Assembly: GCF_009914755.1 (NCBI RefSeq)
Contig: NC_060927.1
DNA: 64,000 nt
DNA from: the human T2T-CHM13v2.0 reference genome, Homo sapiens
Strand: one strand, 5' to 3'
The stretch's first letter is position 1, and every line of letters begins with the position of its first letter. The notes under the pieces are model-generated. The model was not told where the DNA came from. It did not search any database and saw only the letters and a program-made list of their open reading frames with translations. A program made the translations under genes and the position numbers. Positions 43,467-56,172 of the stretch are shown here, piece by piece.

Positions 43467-43719
43467 CTAGAGCTTTACTTTTACTATGTAAAACTCAGAT
43501 AGAAAATATGCTTTTATACCTGTGAAAGTGAAAGTAAACCCACCATGATCTAAAGTGATCTATATGAAGATTGTGGCATGCCTTCATGGAAAAGAGAGAT
43601 GAAATTGGAAAAAAAAAAAAAAAAGCCAAAAATAATGGCTATGTGTCAGCATTCCCAGAGCCAAAGGCACCCTGTGAAAAATTTTAATTGTGGAATTATA
43701 ACAAATGACATATCCTATA

Positions 43720-43935
43720 TGTATAGAAGTCAATGGGGAGATGGGGTTGACCCCTGAAGGGGTATCTGTCAAGGTTTGGATCCATTTTTAGTTGTCGCAA
43801 CTGGAGGAGAGACTGATATTGTCAGCTGGTTGATAGAAGCCAGGGATGCCGCTAAACATCCTAAAATGCCCAGAACATCCTCCTGAAAACAAATAATTAT
43901 CCACCCCAAAATACTACAGTGTTGAGAAACCCTAA
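43720..43935. mobile_element. MER20 DNA transposon fossil
   Basis: atttttagttgtcgcaactgg...gaagccagggatgccgctaaacatcctaaaatg...gttgagaaaccct. Confidence 0.75.
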
Positions 43936-45204
43936 TATAGATGTAAAATCATGTCGTCCCTCCTAGTACTTTTCAGATGCTTGTCTGGGCCAATGGGTTA
44001 CGAGGAGTTTTAATCTACAGCGTGTTCCTCTCCTGTTTCCCTTGATATTGTTCTTAAAACATCAATTATGATATTGCGGTTACAAAATTAAATTTCACAA
44101 TTTGTCACTCTTAGATCTTTAGAACACATAATTTGAGAAAATTAAACAAAACAAAAGTAAAAAAATCAACAGAGTTTGAGGAAGAAAAGCAAAATATTTA
44201 ACAGATGAAAAATTCTAAAGTAGCAGAATAGAGGAAGAAATTTAATAAGTATAATCTTTATATTACATGTAAATGTACATTGCAATGATGCTTCATAAGC
44301 TTATTTGTATAGTCCGCAGTGTAGTGATTCCATAGGAATGAAAAATAATTTCAAGGGACTATGTTCCTCAATATTTTAAATAAATACTTAATGCCACATA
44401 AAATATAATACTTAGAATAGGCAATACATTTAAGTGGAACACTGGTGACAGGCTCATATACTAATAAAAAATAAGGGTTAGCAAACAATTTAACCTAGTA
44501 CTAATGCACTGTAAATATAGCTTTTATAATTTATTCCTCCTACGATTAATGAATATAGATGACTCGTGATTGGCTCTGTTGTGGAATCAGGGGATACAGC
44601 TATCAAAAAGTCAATATGCTGTCAATGAGCTTACAGTTAACTTCTGGAAGAAATAAAATAATTTTTTATAAAAGACTTCATATTGGTATGATGGGGAAAA
44701 CATGGGAGAAAGGACAGAGGATAAGTAAGTTACTTTAGATGGATATAATTTATGTTGAAATCGAAAAGATGAGAAGGGGAAAATTTTACGTGACGATCTA
44801 CCGAGAAATGCTATAGGAGGAAGGAAAAGCAAATGTAAAAACGCTGACTCTGTAAGGAATTTAGCATGTTCGTGAGAGAGGAGAGTCATAAGAAAGGAGG
44901 AGTATGCATGGTTGTCACCAAAGCAATAGGAAGAAGTTCATCTAGGGAGACCCTTAGTAAGGAGTTTGGATTTTATCCCAGGTGTCATTGATAATTACTG
45001 GAGGAATTTAAGCAGAAGAGTGAGTTCCATGATCTCATATATATCTTGCGAAGTTTTCAGGAGTGCCCAGTACTGGAATTTACAAGGGAAAACACAGCTA
45101 CAAATAATATCCTTTCATAAGCTAAAAAAAAAAATGACAAAGAACAAGTCAACAACACATTTAGTATTATAGGGAGGAAATTAAACACTTAGTAAATTAC
45201 TTAC

Positions 45205-45231
45205 TTTTATTGTTCATGGATTGAAATAGTT
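45205..45231 (-). other. PLSCR2: 27-nt candidate start micro-exon (AACTATTTCAATCC ATG AAC AAT AAA A)
   Basis: Acceptor gtctctttcag and donor |gtaagt. Phase 1. Resembles the PLSCR1 initiation exon (MDKQ/N) as recalled. Confidence 0.55.
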
Positions 45232-45425
45232 CTGAAAGAGACCTGATATTAATATGCTGTCTATACATTTGTAGGTCCAATACAACTGTTGGAACAAGAT
45301 ATTCTAAAACAATACAGTCACATTCATGGGATATTTCTCTTTATTCATCTAGTAGAGCCTTATCTGGCCATTTAAATCCTTTGGGCTTGACCTCATTCCC
45401 CTTCCTGTTTTCACAGTAGAATTGA

Positions 45426-45929
<504 letters not shown>

Positions 45930-46354
45930 GATGGTGAACACTTTCCAAAAGCCTTTAGGAAGAAGGTCTAATCAGGAGGAAAGCCATGAAGAAATGCTGC
46001 GAGCTAAGACCCCAAAGGGTAATTGAGCTAAAACTTCAGCCTTCACAACCTGCACAATCTAAATGAAGTGTGTGGTTTATTTCCAAGCCTCTGGGCTTGG
46101 GCTCCAGGAATGGTTCAGCTAAAGAGCAAGAAAGGTTAATTATCAGATCACACCACTGCAATTATCTCGGAAAATTTCAGGTCCTGTGGCCCTGTCATGC
46201 CAATCCTGACCAGCAAATTTGAGAAGTTCTGACACTACTCTGTTCATTAAGAGATGTATTTATTTATTTATTTTTTACCAGAGAACCCACTCTCAGGAGC
46301 TGTCACAGCCATAGCATCCTGACCACCAAGTGAAACTTTGTACTTGGTATTTCT

Positions 46355-46619
46355 TTTTTTTCTTTTTTGAGACGGAGTCTCGCTCTGTCGGAGTGCAGTG
46401 GCGAGATCTGGGCTCACTGCAAGCTCCGCCTCCCAGATTCACGCCATTCTCCTGTCTCGGACTCCGGAGTAGCTGGGACTACAGGCACCCGCCACCACGC
46501 CCGGAATAATTTTTTTTGTCCATGTTAGCCAGGATGTTCTTGATCTCCTGACCTCGTGATCTGCCCGCGTCGGCCTCCCAAAGTGCTGGGATTACAGGCG
46601 TGAGCCACCGCGCCCTGCC
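46355..46619 (-). mobile_element. AluY-like element with two internal deletions
   Basis: gcaagctccgcctcc and cacgccattctcc diagnostics. tacttggtatttct on both flanks. Confidence 0.9.
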
Positions 46620-46999
46620 TATACTTGGTATTTCTACAGAAACATAAATGACAGCAAATATTCTACTCAGTAATTCTGCCTTCTGATGCCTTGACCCCAT
46701 CCTAGTCTTTCCCACTGCTATCCAGTCACTGTTTTCTCCATCTACTGTAGATCCCAGTGCTTTTCATGACTGTTAATTACAATGAACACATCGGGCAAAA
46801 ACTCCATTACCCAAAATTTTTATCTTGGACCCATGCACGCTAATACAAACTGCCCTCCCACTTCTCAGGCCCACTCCAGTGTTGGCTTCCCTTTTACCAA
46901 CTCCTCCTACTGTGCAATCCTAAGTGGTAAATAAGTCAACTGATCCCTCCACATCCTCAACTAAAATCTAGAATTCTCAAGAAGAAACCACCTCCTTAC

Positions 47000-47159
47000 C
47001 TGCCATTTCAAAATTATTTTTTATGATTACCAACTTTAAGCACACATTTTCATAATATAGTGAAACTCTTAAGAATTCTCCAATTATAGTCACCTCTTAG
47101 TTACATCTACTCAAGAAGTTCAGCAAAGGTTGAATAATTCCAAGTGGGTTTATTTGGCC
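47000..47159 (-). other. PLSCR2: 160-nt candidate cassette 5' exon of PLSCR2
   Basis: Acceptor tcttttgatttatttcag|G and donor ATGGCAG|gtaagg are both near consensus. Confidence 0.45.
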
Positions 47160-47401
47160 CTGAAATAAATCAAAAGATGTATTTGTGTTACTGATTTAAC
47201 TTCCCGGATTTTCTTAGAACAATCGGAATCCAGTTTGCATTAACTGGTCAGAAATCAATGCTGTGGACCTCATCAAGTCAGAAGAGTAGAAATATTAAAA
47301 CTTACATTTTTCTGCAGTTAATCTATAAGGTGAACAATAAGCTAGTAAACATGTGTAACTAGGGTAGACTAACTAGGGTAACTAGACTAACTAGGGTAGA
47401 C

Positions 47402-47553
47402 CACTAGCTTTCCTGGTCTCCAGTTTACAGACTTCTAATGTGGTGGGACTTTTCAGCATACAAAATTGCATGAGCCAATTTCTTATAATACATCTCTTCA
47501 TATATATATGTCTACATCCTACTGCTCTGTTTCTTTAGAGAATTCTGACTAAT
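47402..47553 (+). mobile_element. MLT2 LTR 3' fragment
   Basis: gtgggacttttcagc...atgagccaatttcttataata...ctgtttctttagagaattctgactaata. Confidence 0.7.
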
Positions 47554-48078
47554 ATGATGAGTCTATTCCAAGAAATAACATGACTCAGTTTAGGACATGA
47601 TTGGGCTGTGTCCTGACTAAATTAGCTAGTTAATCTAACATGATAACTTTAAATCATTGCTTCCACCACTCTTACTAAAAAGTAAATTCTAGAAATAACT
47701 TCAGAGAAAGAGAAAATCATATTTTTATGCTGTACTAAAACAAAGCAAAAGTTTGTAATAAAGTCATATTATATATTATACCATTTGAATTATAGTTACT
47801 CCAAAACAAACACAGAACTTCAAGTTACAATCTGATTACTACACACTTCTTTCTAACTCTCTGTTAAGTGATAAATTTGGAGTAAATTGAGGCAGCATAT
47901 ACTATATACACATTAGTACATCTCTTTTAAAGTAATTATATCAGAAATCATGTCTTCATTGCTGCTCTGGACTATTTGATAATTATAAACTTCTGCACTC
48001 AGGGAGAGGGAGAAATAGCACAGAGGATTTCCAGTTCTGACTTCATAATTTATATTACAGTTGTTAAATATTAACAGC

Positions 48079-48508
48079 TGTATAGGAGGACATCCATTTG
48101 GTTTGACCTCCTGCACTAGGCTTCAACAGATCAAATCAAAATGGAGTAACTAATGCTAAAGTTCCACATTACCAAACTGAAACTAAGTTGTTTATTTAAC
48201 CTTCCAAGAAATCAGGAGAGAAATGAAAGCCCAGACTCCAAACAGGCCAGTTTTAGCCTGCATAATAAAGAAGTTCCCACTACTTTAGTCCTTATAAAGA
48301 GAGTAACCTGAACTAATCTACCGTTAACTAATCCACTTTTTGTATTATGCTATTTCCTCATTCCTGCTCAAGGTACCTTATAAAAACTGACTATTCTGCA
48401 ATGCCGCATGTAGCATCTCTCTATTTTTAGATAAGATGCTGTCATATTCATGAATTCCTAATATAAGCTAATTACATCTTTAAATTTGTTGTAATTTATC
48501 TTTTGACA
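48079..48508 (+). mobile_element. Solo ERV1-class LTR, 430 bp (MER72-like, family uncertain)
   Basis: TG...CA termini with a perfect 4-bp TSD cagc (48075-48078 and 48509-48512). Confidence 0.75.
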
Positions 48509-49323
48509 CAGCTAAAGCCTTTTGACCTATTTCTTAAGGTCCTGAAAATTTTTTGTTTTACTGCTTTCAAACATAACTAAAGTAAAACCTGGAACTCACA
48601 GGGAAATCATACTTAATTCTGGAAGATCCTAAAATTACTATGCCTTTAACATAGACAATTAACAAATAAATTCAGATTAATAACCTAAACCTAGTTATGC
48701 CTAAGAACAACTCTCTCCCGCCACACTCACCCTCCACAAAAAAAAAAAAAAAATCACAATATAAAACAGTTCATATTCTTCTCAAGCCCCAAGCAGAGAC
48801 ATAGGTTCTGAATTATTTTAGCAAAATTCTACCATTCTGAAAACAATCACAAGAATTCTAGGTGCCTAACTTCCTACCAATAAGTAAGAATGAGACATTA
48901 TGCTATGCCAGAGGGGAACTGTGAATAGCCCAGGGAGAAGGCAACATTTATTGAGGTAACTCACAAATTAAATAGCTTTCACATCATTCAGTTACATGAT
49001 ATGTAAATTTTATGCACTTAAAAGATTTGGTTACCATCTAAGAAGACAAACATTTCATCCCTTGAATTGTGGTTTCAGTCAAAGTAAAGCAGAGCAAGCA
49101 CAGATGCATTTTTACACATGTGTGGGGCAAGAAGATGGTGAGCCTTTGAGTACAAAGCACACCATATCTGTGAGGTATGAGATTGAAGTAGGGTGACTGA
49201 GGCCAGTTATTAATGCAAAGCACCTTGTAACCGGGAGTTTTACTATAAAAATCCACTTCAGCATCTAGGCTCAAGAAAACAAAACACATATGCTTAGAAC
49301 CAATGTAAGATAGGCTTTTACAG

Positions 49324-49634
49324 TTTTGTTTGTTTGTTTGTCTTTTGGTTTTATTGAGACAGAGTCTTGCTCTGTTGCCCAGGCTGGAGGCCAGTGGCAC
49401 GATCTCAGCTCTGCAACCTCTGCCTCCTAGGTTCAAGCAATTCTCGTGCCTCAGCCACCAGCATAGCTGAGATTACAGGCATATGCCCCCACACCTGGGT
49501 AATTTTTGTATTCTTAGTAGAAACGGGATTTTCCCATGTTGGCCAGGCTGGTGTCAAACTCCTAGTCTCGTTATCTGCCCACCTCAGCCTCCCAAAGCGC
49601 TGGGATTACAGGTGTGGACCACCACACCTGGCCT
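49324..49634 (-). mobile_element. Older Alu (S/J)
   Basis: Diverged Alu dimer with a (TTTG)n tail. Confidence 0.9.
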
Positions 49635-49678
49635 ATAGAATTGTATATTAAACCTTGAATTAAAATGTAGATAATATA

Positions 49679-50041
49679 TCAACTAGACCCAACTGAAATT
49701 GTAGTAGTAAAGTGTTCTACAAAACTAACAAGTAAACCAAGGAGACAAAAGCAACAAAAATGAGTCTTAAAGTCAGTTATTCTCATTTGATTGCTTTATT
49801 ACTGCTCAAAAACCTTTTCTAACAACCCAGACCTCCCTCACAAATGGGAGTTTTCCTTTCTTCTTCATAAATGAGAAAACTAAGCCCATAAAGATAAAGT
49901 GTTTACTTAATGCTGTACAGCTCAGTAACTAGCTGAATTGAAATTATTCATGATTCATGTCCATTGCATTCATGTTCCTATTTCATTGAATAAAAAACAA
50001 ACAAAAAACCCCACATTCTCCCAATGTGCCAAATTTCAGTG
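49679..50041 (+). repeat. Locally duplicated blocks (copies at 50393-50552 and 51782-52021)
   Basis: 49679-49838 matches 50393-50552 and 49798-50041 matches 51782-52021, with only scattered mismatches. Confidence 0.95.
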
Positions 50042-52369
50042 AAAGTTGTTAGAGGTTATCTTTAAGGTATCTTTCTTACGTAAGATAGAAATATCTTGAA
50101 TTTCAATTTAGTCTCATGATCAATTAGTTTTTAACTAGGATAGGCAAAACTTTTTTAAAAGCAGTTTTTAACAACAAATTTTGGGAAATGAAAAGCACAG
50201 TTGTTACTACTGATTAACTAAAGTGCTTTGGCTTTTAAATTTAGCACTGTTCAAGGCAGTGCTATAGAGTGTGTGTACAGGTACACATATGTGTACATAC
50301 ATATATCCACATATATGTACACATGTATAAATGTATAAGTACATAAATACTCACTTAACATAAAGCTTATTTTGTTTTTCAAGGAATATTGATCAACTAG
50401 ACCCAACTGAAATTGTAGTAGTAAAGTGTTCTACAAAACTAACAAGTAAACCAAGGAGACAAAAGAAACAAAAATGAGTCTTAAAGTCAGTTATTCTCAT
50501 TTGATTGCTTTATCACTGCTCAAAAACTTTTCCCAACAACCCAGACCTCCCTTGAATATTAATCTAGTTGAATAATATATTTACATGATATGTAAATTTT
50601 ATGCACTTAAAAGATTTGGTTACCATCTAATTACTACCATTTGATTAATATTCAAGGAATCTTAACCAAAGGCATAGAGCATGAAAGGCACTGTACAGGC
50701 ACTAAAAAATGGAGGAGTCAGGCAGTTAATAAAATTAAATATATTCCAGCACATTATATTAATTAAATTTATTATAAATATATTATGGATAACACATATA
50801 TAACAATACAAATGTATTTGTACATATACAAATACATTAAGCACTATGAATACAAATAATGGTACAATAAAAAGGATATGGAGTCATTGATTTAGTTGGA
50901 GTAGTGGTGGCATTGTCAGGAAAGTCAGAGCGGAGAGTTGAAAAAAGTCTAGAATCAGCCAGGCCATAGGGATGTATGAGGGGCGTGGTAGGGCATTATA
51001 GACAGAGGGAAGCTCACTAGTAGAAGTCCTAAGCTGCAGGAAACTGGGCTTATTCGGGAAATGAAAATTTATGAAATTACAGAGCCAAAGATGGACAGAC
51101 CCTTAGAGATGAGGATGGAAAGGTGCACAAGGGCCAGTTCACAAATGTTTAAAGTCGCTCTACCTGCACTTTAAGACCTCAAAGGCCAGAGCTTGGTTTG
51201 TCTTATCCAAGACAAGCCACTTAATCTGTGTTTGTTAATTCAACAATGAGTGTACAGTATTATTTTGCTCTTTTCAGTCAGTAAGAATAGTTCCCTTACA
51301 GATCTGAAGGCTGCTTCATGTACAGTGAGACCCAGGTATTTTACACTTGTCTATCCAACTGCAGCAATCCACTCATTTTCCTTTGTATGTGTTTTTCATT
51401 TCCTTGTGCTTGTTCATTGCTCAAAACCCTTCTATTGTAAACATCAGGGTGGCAATAAGAGAAAGGTTTGCTCTTAGGAAAAGTTCAAGAAAGAAAGGAG
51501 CCCCCAAACCGCCTGACACTTCTAAGTGTCACTGGTACTAACCATGTATCTCAGTGTCATAAGCGGGAAGAAACAACGACTGCCTGTTCCTGCAACTGGC
51601 AAGTGGCCATGCCAAGACTTCCAGAAATAACAGTGAATGAATGAAACCACATGGGAACCAGAGAGTCAGCTTGGAGAGGCAGGGACTTTGTCAAATATTT
51701 AAAATAATAAACGCTAACTTTCACTGAGTACTTTCTGTAGTGCCAGGCACTGCTCTAAGAACTTTACATTAACACACATTAATTACTGCTCAAAAACCTT
51801 TCCTAACAACCCAGACCTCCCTCACAAATAGGAGTTTTCCTTTCTTCTTTATAAATGAGAAAACTAAGCCCATAAAGATAAAATGTTTACTTAATGCTGT
51901 ACAGCTCAGTAACTAGCTGAATTGAAATTATTCATGATTCATGTCCGTTGCATTTATGTTCCTATTTCGTTGAAAAACAAACAAAAAATCTCACATTCTC
52001 CCAATGTGCCAAATTTCAGTGTAATACTCTGTAGCTCATTTAATACTTACACAATTTCAGAAATGAGGCAATGGAAAGAACATATATGAAGAAAGTGGCT
52101 GACAGTCCACAGATGTGAAGCAGTAGAGGCCGAATTTAAAGTCGGGGAGCCTGACTGGAGCTAATGGTCTTAGGAACCGCGCTACATACCGCCACTATCT
52201 TTCCTAAGCTGGTATTGTAGAGGGCCTAGCATAGACGTGGGCTCCTGGCGGACTTCATTGAATACTTACTGATAAATGACAGCTTGCAGGCTGTATTAAC
52301 CGTCCCTTCTAATAGCCCCACTATGCTGGCACATGCTCCTGAGCCCAGACTCTGCCCAGGATTCAGGGC

Positions 52370-53150
52370 CGCTCTCTACCTGTAAAGCAGTGTAGCTAAG
52401 GGGAAGCTGAGCCCCGCAAGGCGTTTTCAGGCAGGACACCCCTTGTCATTCGAACGGTTCTGGTGTGAGCCAGGGTACAGCTGGGCCGCCTGGGGCCCCT
52501 TGCCGAGTTTCCGTTCCACTTCAGGTGTCGCTTCCCGCGGCCCATTGGGCCCTTGCCCCGCCCTCTGACGCAAACACAATTATGGGGCGGAGCATCGTCC
52601 CCACTAGCCAGGCACACCCCAGTCCCATAGGGAGGCGACTGAGAAAGCCGCCCCCTTACCCGTGGCTGCAGCTGCTCCCGCACAGCCCTGAGCGAGCCGA
52701 GGTCCTAGCGTGGCTTCCTCCCGTCTGCCCCGTGACTGCCAGGCACACCTGTTGCACAGCCCTCCCGGAAGTCGGCGGAAAAGGGGCCTGGACCAGCCTC
52801 AGAGTCTACACCTGCAGCAGCCCCTAGTTTAGGTTTCTGGACCCCAAGGGTACAACAAGGCTTCCCTCCCCTGGTCCCTGCGCGGGCTCAGAGGATCCGG
52901 CTTTGCTGCTGGAGCGCGGCCGAGCTGGGGGCGCGACTGCACCCACCCCCCCCCGCCGTGTGCGACGCGCAGCTGCCGCCCAGCCCGTCCCGTCTCCCTC
53001 TCCCCATCCCCGTCCCCTTTTTTGCTCTTTGGAGAGACTCCGGAAACGTTTCTCCGGTGGTTAAGGGCACAGATGAACTGGGACGTCGACACCAGCTGGA
53101 ACTGGAAAATCATCAGGCGGGGAGTGGCCTACCCCGGGAACTTCCTTAAC
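52370..53150 (-). promoter_or_regulatory. PLSCR2: CpG-island promoter of PLSCR2
   Basis: The only strongly GC/CpG-rich unique segment. Contains GC boxes (52584, 53116), an ETS core CCGGAAGT (~52765-52772), a kB-like GGGAACTTCC (53136-53145) and G-tracts. Confidence 0.85.
52660..53060 (-). other. PLSCR2: PLSCR2 non-coding first exon (5' end uncertain)
   Basis: Donor GCAGCCACGG|gtaagg at 52659. No ATG in 52660-52900. Resembles PLSCR1 exon 1 as recalled. Confidence 0.65.
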
Positions 53151-53443
53151 TCTGCTCTTGACCTCCATCCCTTAGAAGCCTGTAGCTTTTCAAGGTGAGG
53201 GAGCTTAGACTACAAAAGAGGAGCGGTCGAGATTATTTTATCTCTAGCCCTTGCCCTTCTCCCTTTTCTTTCCAACAAAAGGCATTTTTAAGTTAAGAGT
53301 GAAAATGATGAGGCGTGTAGAATGTTTAATTTTTCAGGACGCGCCTTTGATTTTTCAGGGTGTGCCTGCAACTGGCACACCCTCATGCAATAAATAAATA
53401 CATATTGCACTGACGTTTCTACTGATTTTTTAAAAATTTATTT

Positions 53444-53730
53444 ACACGCCTGAAACCCTAGCATTTTGGGAGGCCGAGGCAGGCGGATCACCTGAGACCA
53501 GGAGTTCAAGACCAGCCTGGACAACATGGTGAAACCCCGTCTCTACTAAAAATACAAAAATGAGCCAGGTGTGGTGGTGTGCCCCTGTAATCCCATCTAC
53601 TGGGGAGGCTGAGGCAGGAGAAAAATCGCTTGAACCCGGAAGGCAGAGGTTGCAGTGAGTCGAGATCCAGCCACTACACTCCAGCCTGGGAGAGAGAGCA
53701 AGACTCGTCTCAAACAAACAAACAAAAACA
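53444..53730 (+). mobile_element. AluS, slightly 5'-truncated
   Basis: Alu dimer with a (CAAA)n tail. Confidence 0.92.
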
Positions 53731-54688
53731 CATGATCTTCCAAACAATAACACCATATATGGAGAAAAATGAAACCTCACCCTCTCCATTCCCGGTGCTG
53801 TTCTCCCGATTACCCTGCTAACCAAGGTTGACACAAACATTTGAAGACACACTAAGAGAGGTGGGGGGAGGGAAGAAAAAAGGGAATGGAAGGGAGGAAG
53901 GTGGAGAAAGAAATTGAGAAAATAAGATAGAAAAAGGAAGAAGGAAAATCGAGCTACCTGAGTTTGAATTCTTTCTTTTTTACTTCCTGTGCCTGTGACT
54001 TGTGAAAATTACTTGACAATCTCTTTGCCTGTTTTCTAATCGGTAAAATGAGAGTAGTAATGGTATCTACCACAGAGGATTTTTATGATGATTAAGGAAG
54101 TTAAAATATATAAAGAATTTAGAATGATGTTTGCCATAGAGTAAGCGCTCAGTAAATGTTATATACATACAAATAAGTATATACACAGCTACACAGTGTT
54201 TTTGTTTTTTTGTTTTTTTTTACATAAAGAGGATTATTTTATACAGCTCTTCTCTGATGTGTTTTTCACCTAACAGTGCATCTTGGAAATCTCTATCCCT
54301 CTAATACAGAACTGTGTCATTGATCTAATAATCTAGGTACTGTTTCCAAGTTTTATCAATTATAAATTGTGCTGTAGTCATCATCTTTGCACATATCTTT
54401 CTGTATACAATAAAAAAAACATTTTATTCTTTTACCAATAAGTCATGGGATTTCTAATTTTTCCACACCTCTTCGATTCTAGAATACCAATTCTAAATGT
54501 TTCCTACTGTGAATGGCAAGCATTATCTTATTTTTTGTTTGTTGATTCTGATTGTTAATGAGATTGAGGACTTTTTCATATGATTACTAATTATTTTACA
54601 GTTTTATTCTGTGATTTGTCTGAAATATAATGCTCATTTTGTTATTGTTGTTGGATTGGGATTTTTTTCCCTCTTGCTGATTTGTTAG

Positions 54689-55157
<469 letters not shown>

Positions 55158-55549
55158 TTATTTTAAACTGCCTCTTGTACCCAGGACATTTTTATGATTT
55201 CTTCCTTTACGTCTATTCCTTATTTCCAAGCAGTTGGGAATGTCTAGTTGTCTTTTTATTATTTGTAATTTTATTGTAGTGCAAGCACATGCTGTGTATG
55301 GTTACAGTCATTTGAAATTTTTAAGACTTACATTATGACCTTCTGGTTCACAGCCAATTTTTATAAATATTTTGTACGAGAAATAGGTGTATTCTGCAGT
55401 TGTGTACAAGTCATGTATTTTCATTCTAATTGGCTGTGTCAGTTAGTTTTGCTGTTGCTTTAGCTAATATTTGGTTTGATTAATCTATCAATTATTCAAA
55501 GAGGTATTAAAATTGAGAAAGTATCTATTTACATTTAGACTTCTTTTCA

Positions 55550-56172
55550 TGTAGTTCATTAGGGCAACTAAAAGAAAATACCATAGTCTGGGTAGCTTAT
55601 AAACAACAGAAAGTTATTTCTCATAGTCCTGGAGGCTGACAAATCCAACACCAAGGTGCCAGGAGATTCAGTGTCTGCAGAAGGGCCTACATTCTAACAC
55701 ATACATGGCATCTTCTCACCGGGTCCTCACAAAGTGGAAGGGACGAGGGATCTCTCTAAGATTGTATTTTTCTTTCTTTCATTTTTTTTTAAAAGGTATT
55801 AATCCCATTTATGAGAGTTCCATTCTCGTGACCTAATCTCACAAAGGCCCCACCTCCTAATATGTCACATTGGTGATTAGGCTTCAACATATAAATTTTG
55901 AGTGGACACAAACATTCAGACAATAGCAACATCTGTCTTAGCTCCTGTTGCAACAGCAAAATGGCATAGTCTGGGTGACTTAAACAGCAGACATTTATTT
56001 CTCACAGTTCTAGAATTTGAGAAGTCCAAGGACAGGGAACCAGTAAAATCATCATCTGTTGAAGCCTCTCTGGCTTGCAGACAGTCCCTTTCTTGCTGTG
56101 GCCTCACATGGCAGAGAGAGAAAGAGCTCTGGTTCTTCTTCCTCTCCTTATAAGGACACTGATCCCATCATA
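55550..56172 (-). mobile_element. Two adjacent MaLR LTRs (MST/MLT1A-like)
   Basis: 55550-55928 looks like a complete LTR and 55934-56172 a partial one. Both carry catagtctgggt...ttatttctca motifs. Confidence 0.7.

Noticed and set aside
43520-43546. ATG GTG GGT TTA CTT TCA CTT TCA CAG|gtataa as a start exon
   Set aside because: Phase 0, so out of frame with the acceptor at 43248, and the donor is weak.
43250-45200. Search for a homologue of the PLSCR1 exon between the start exon and the proline-rich exon
   Set aside because: I could not recognise one by eye. This needs an alignment.
47306-47322. 17-nt AG...GTAAGT-bounded micro-exon candidate
   Set aside because: Such signals arise by chance. 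No ATG and no recognisable homology.
52396-53149. Overlapping 60-120 aa ORFs in the CpG island
   Set aside because: Expected from stop-codon scarcity in GC-rich DNA. No recognisable domains.
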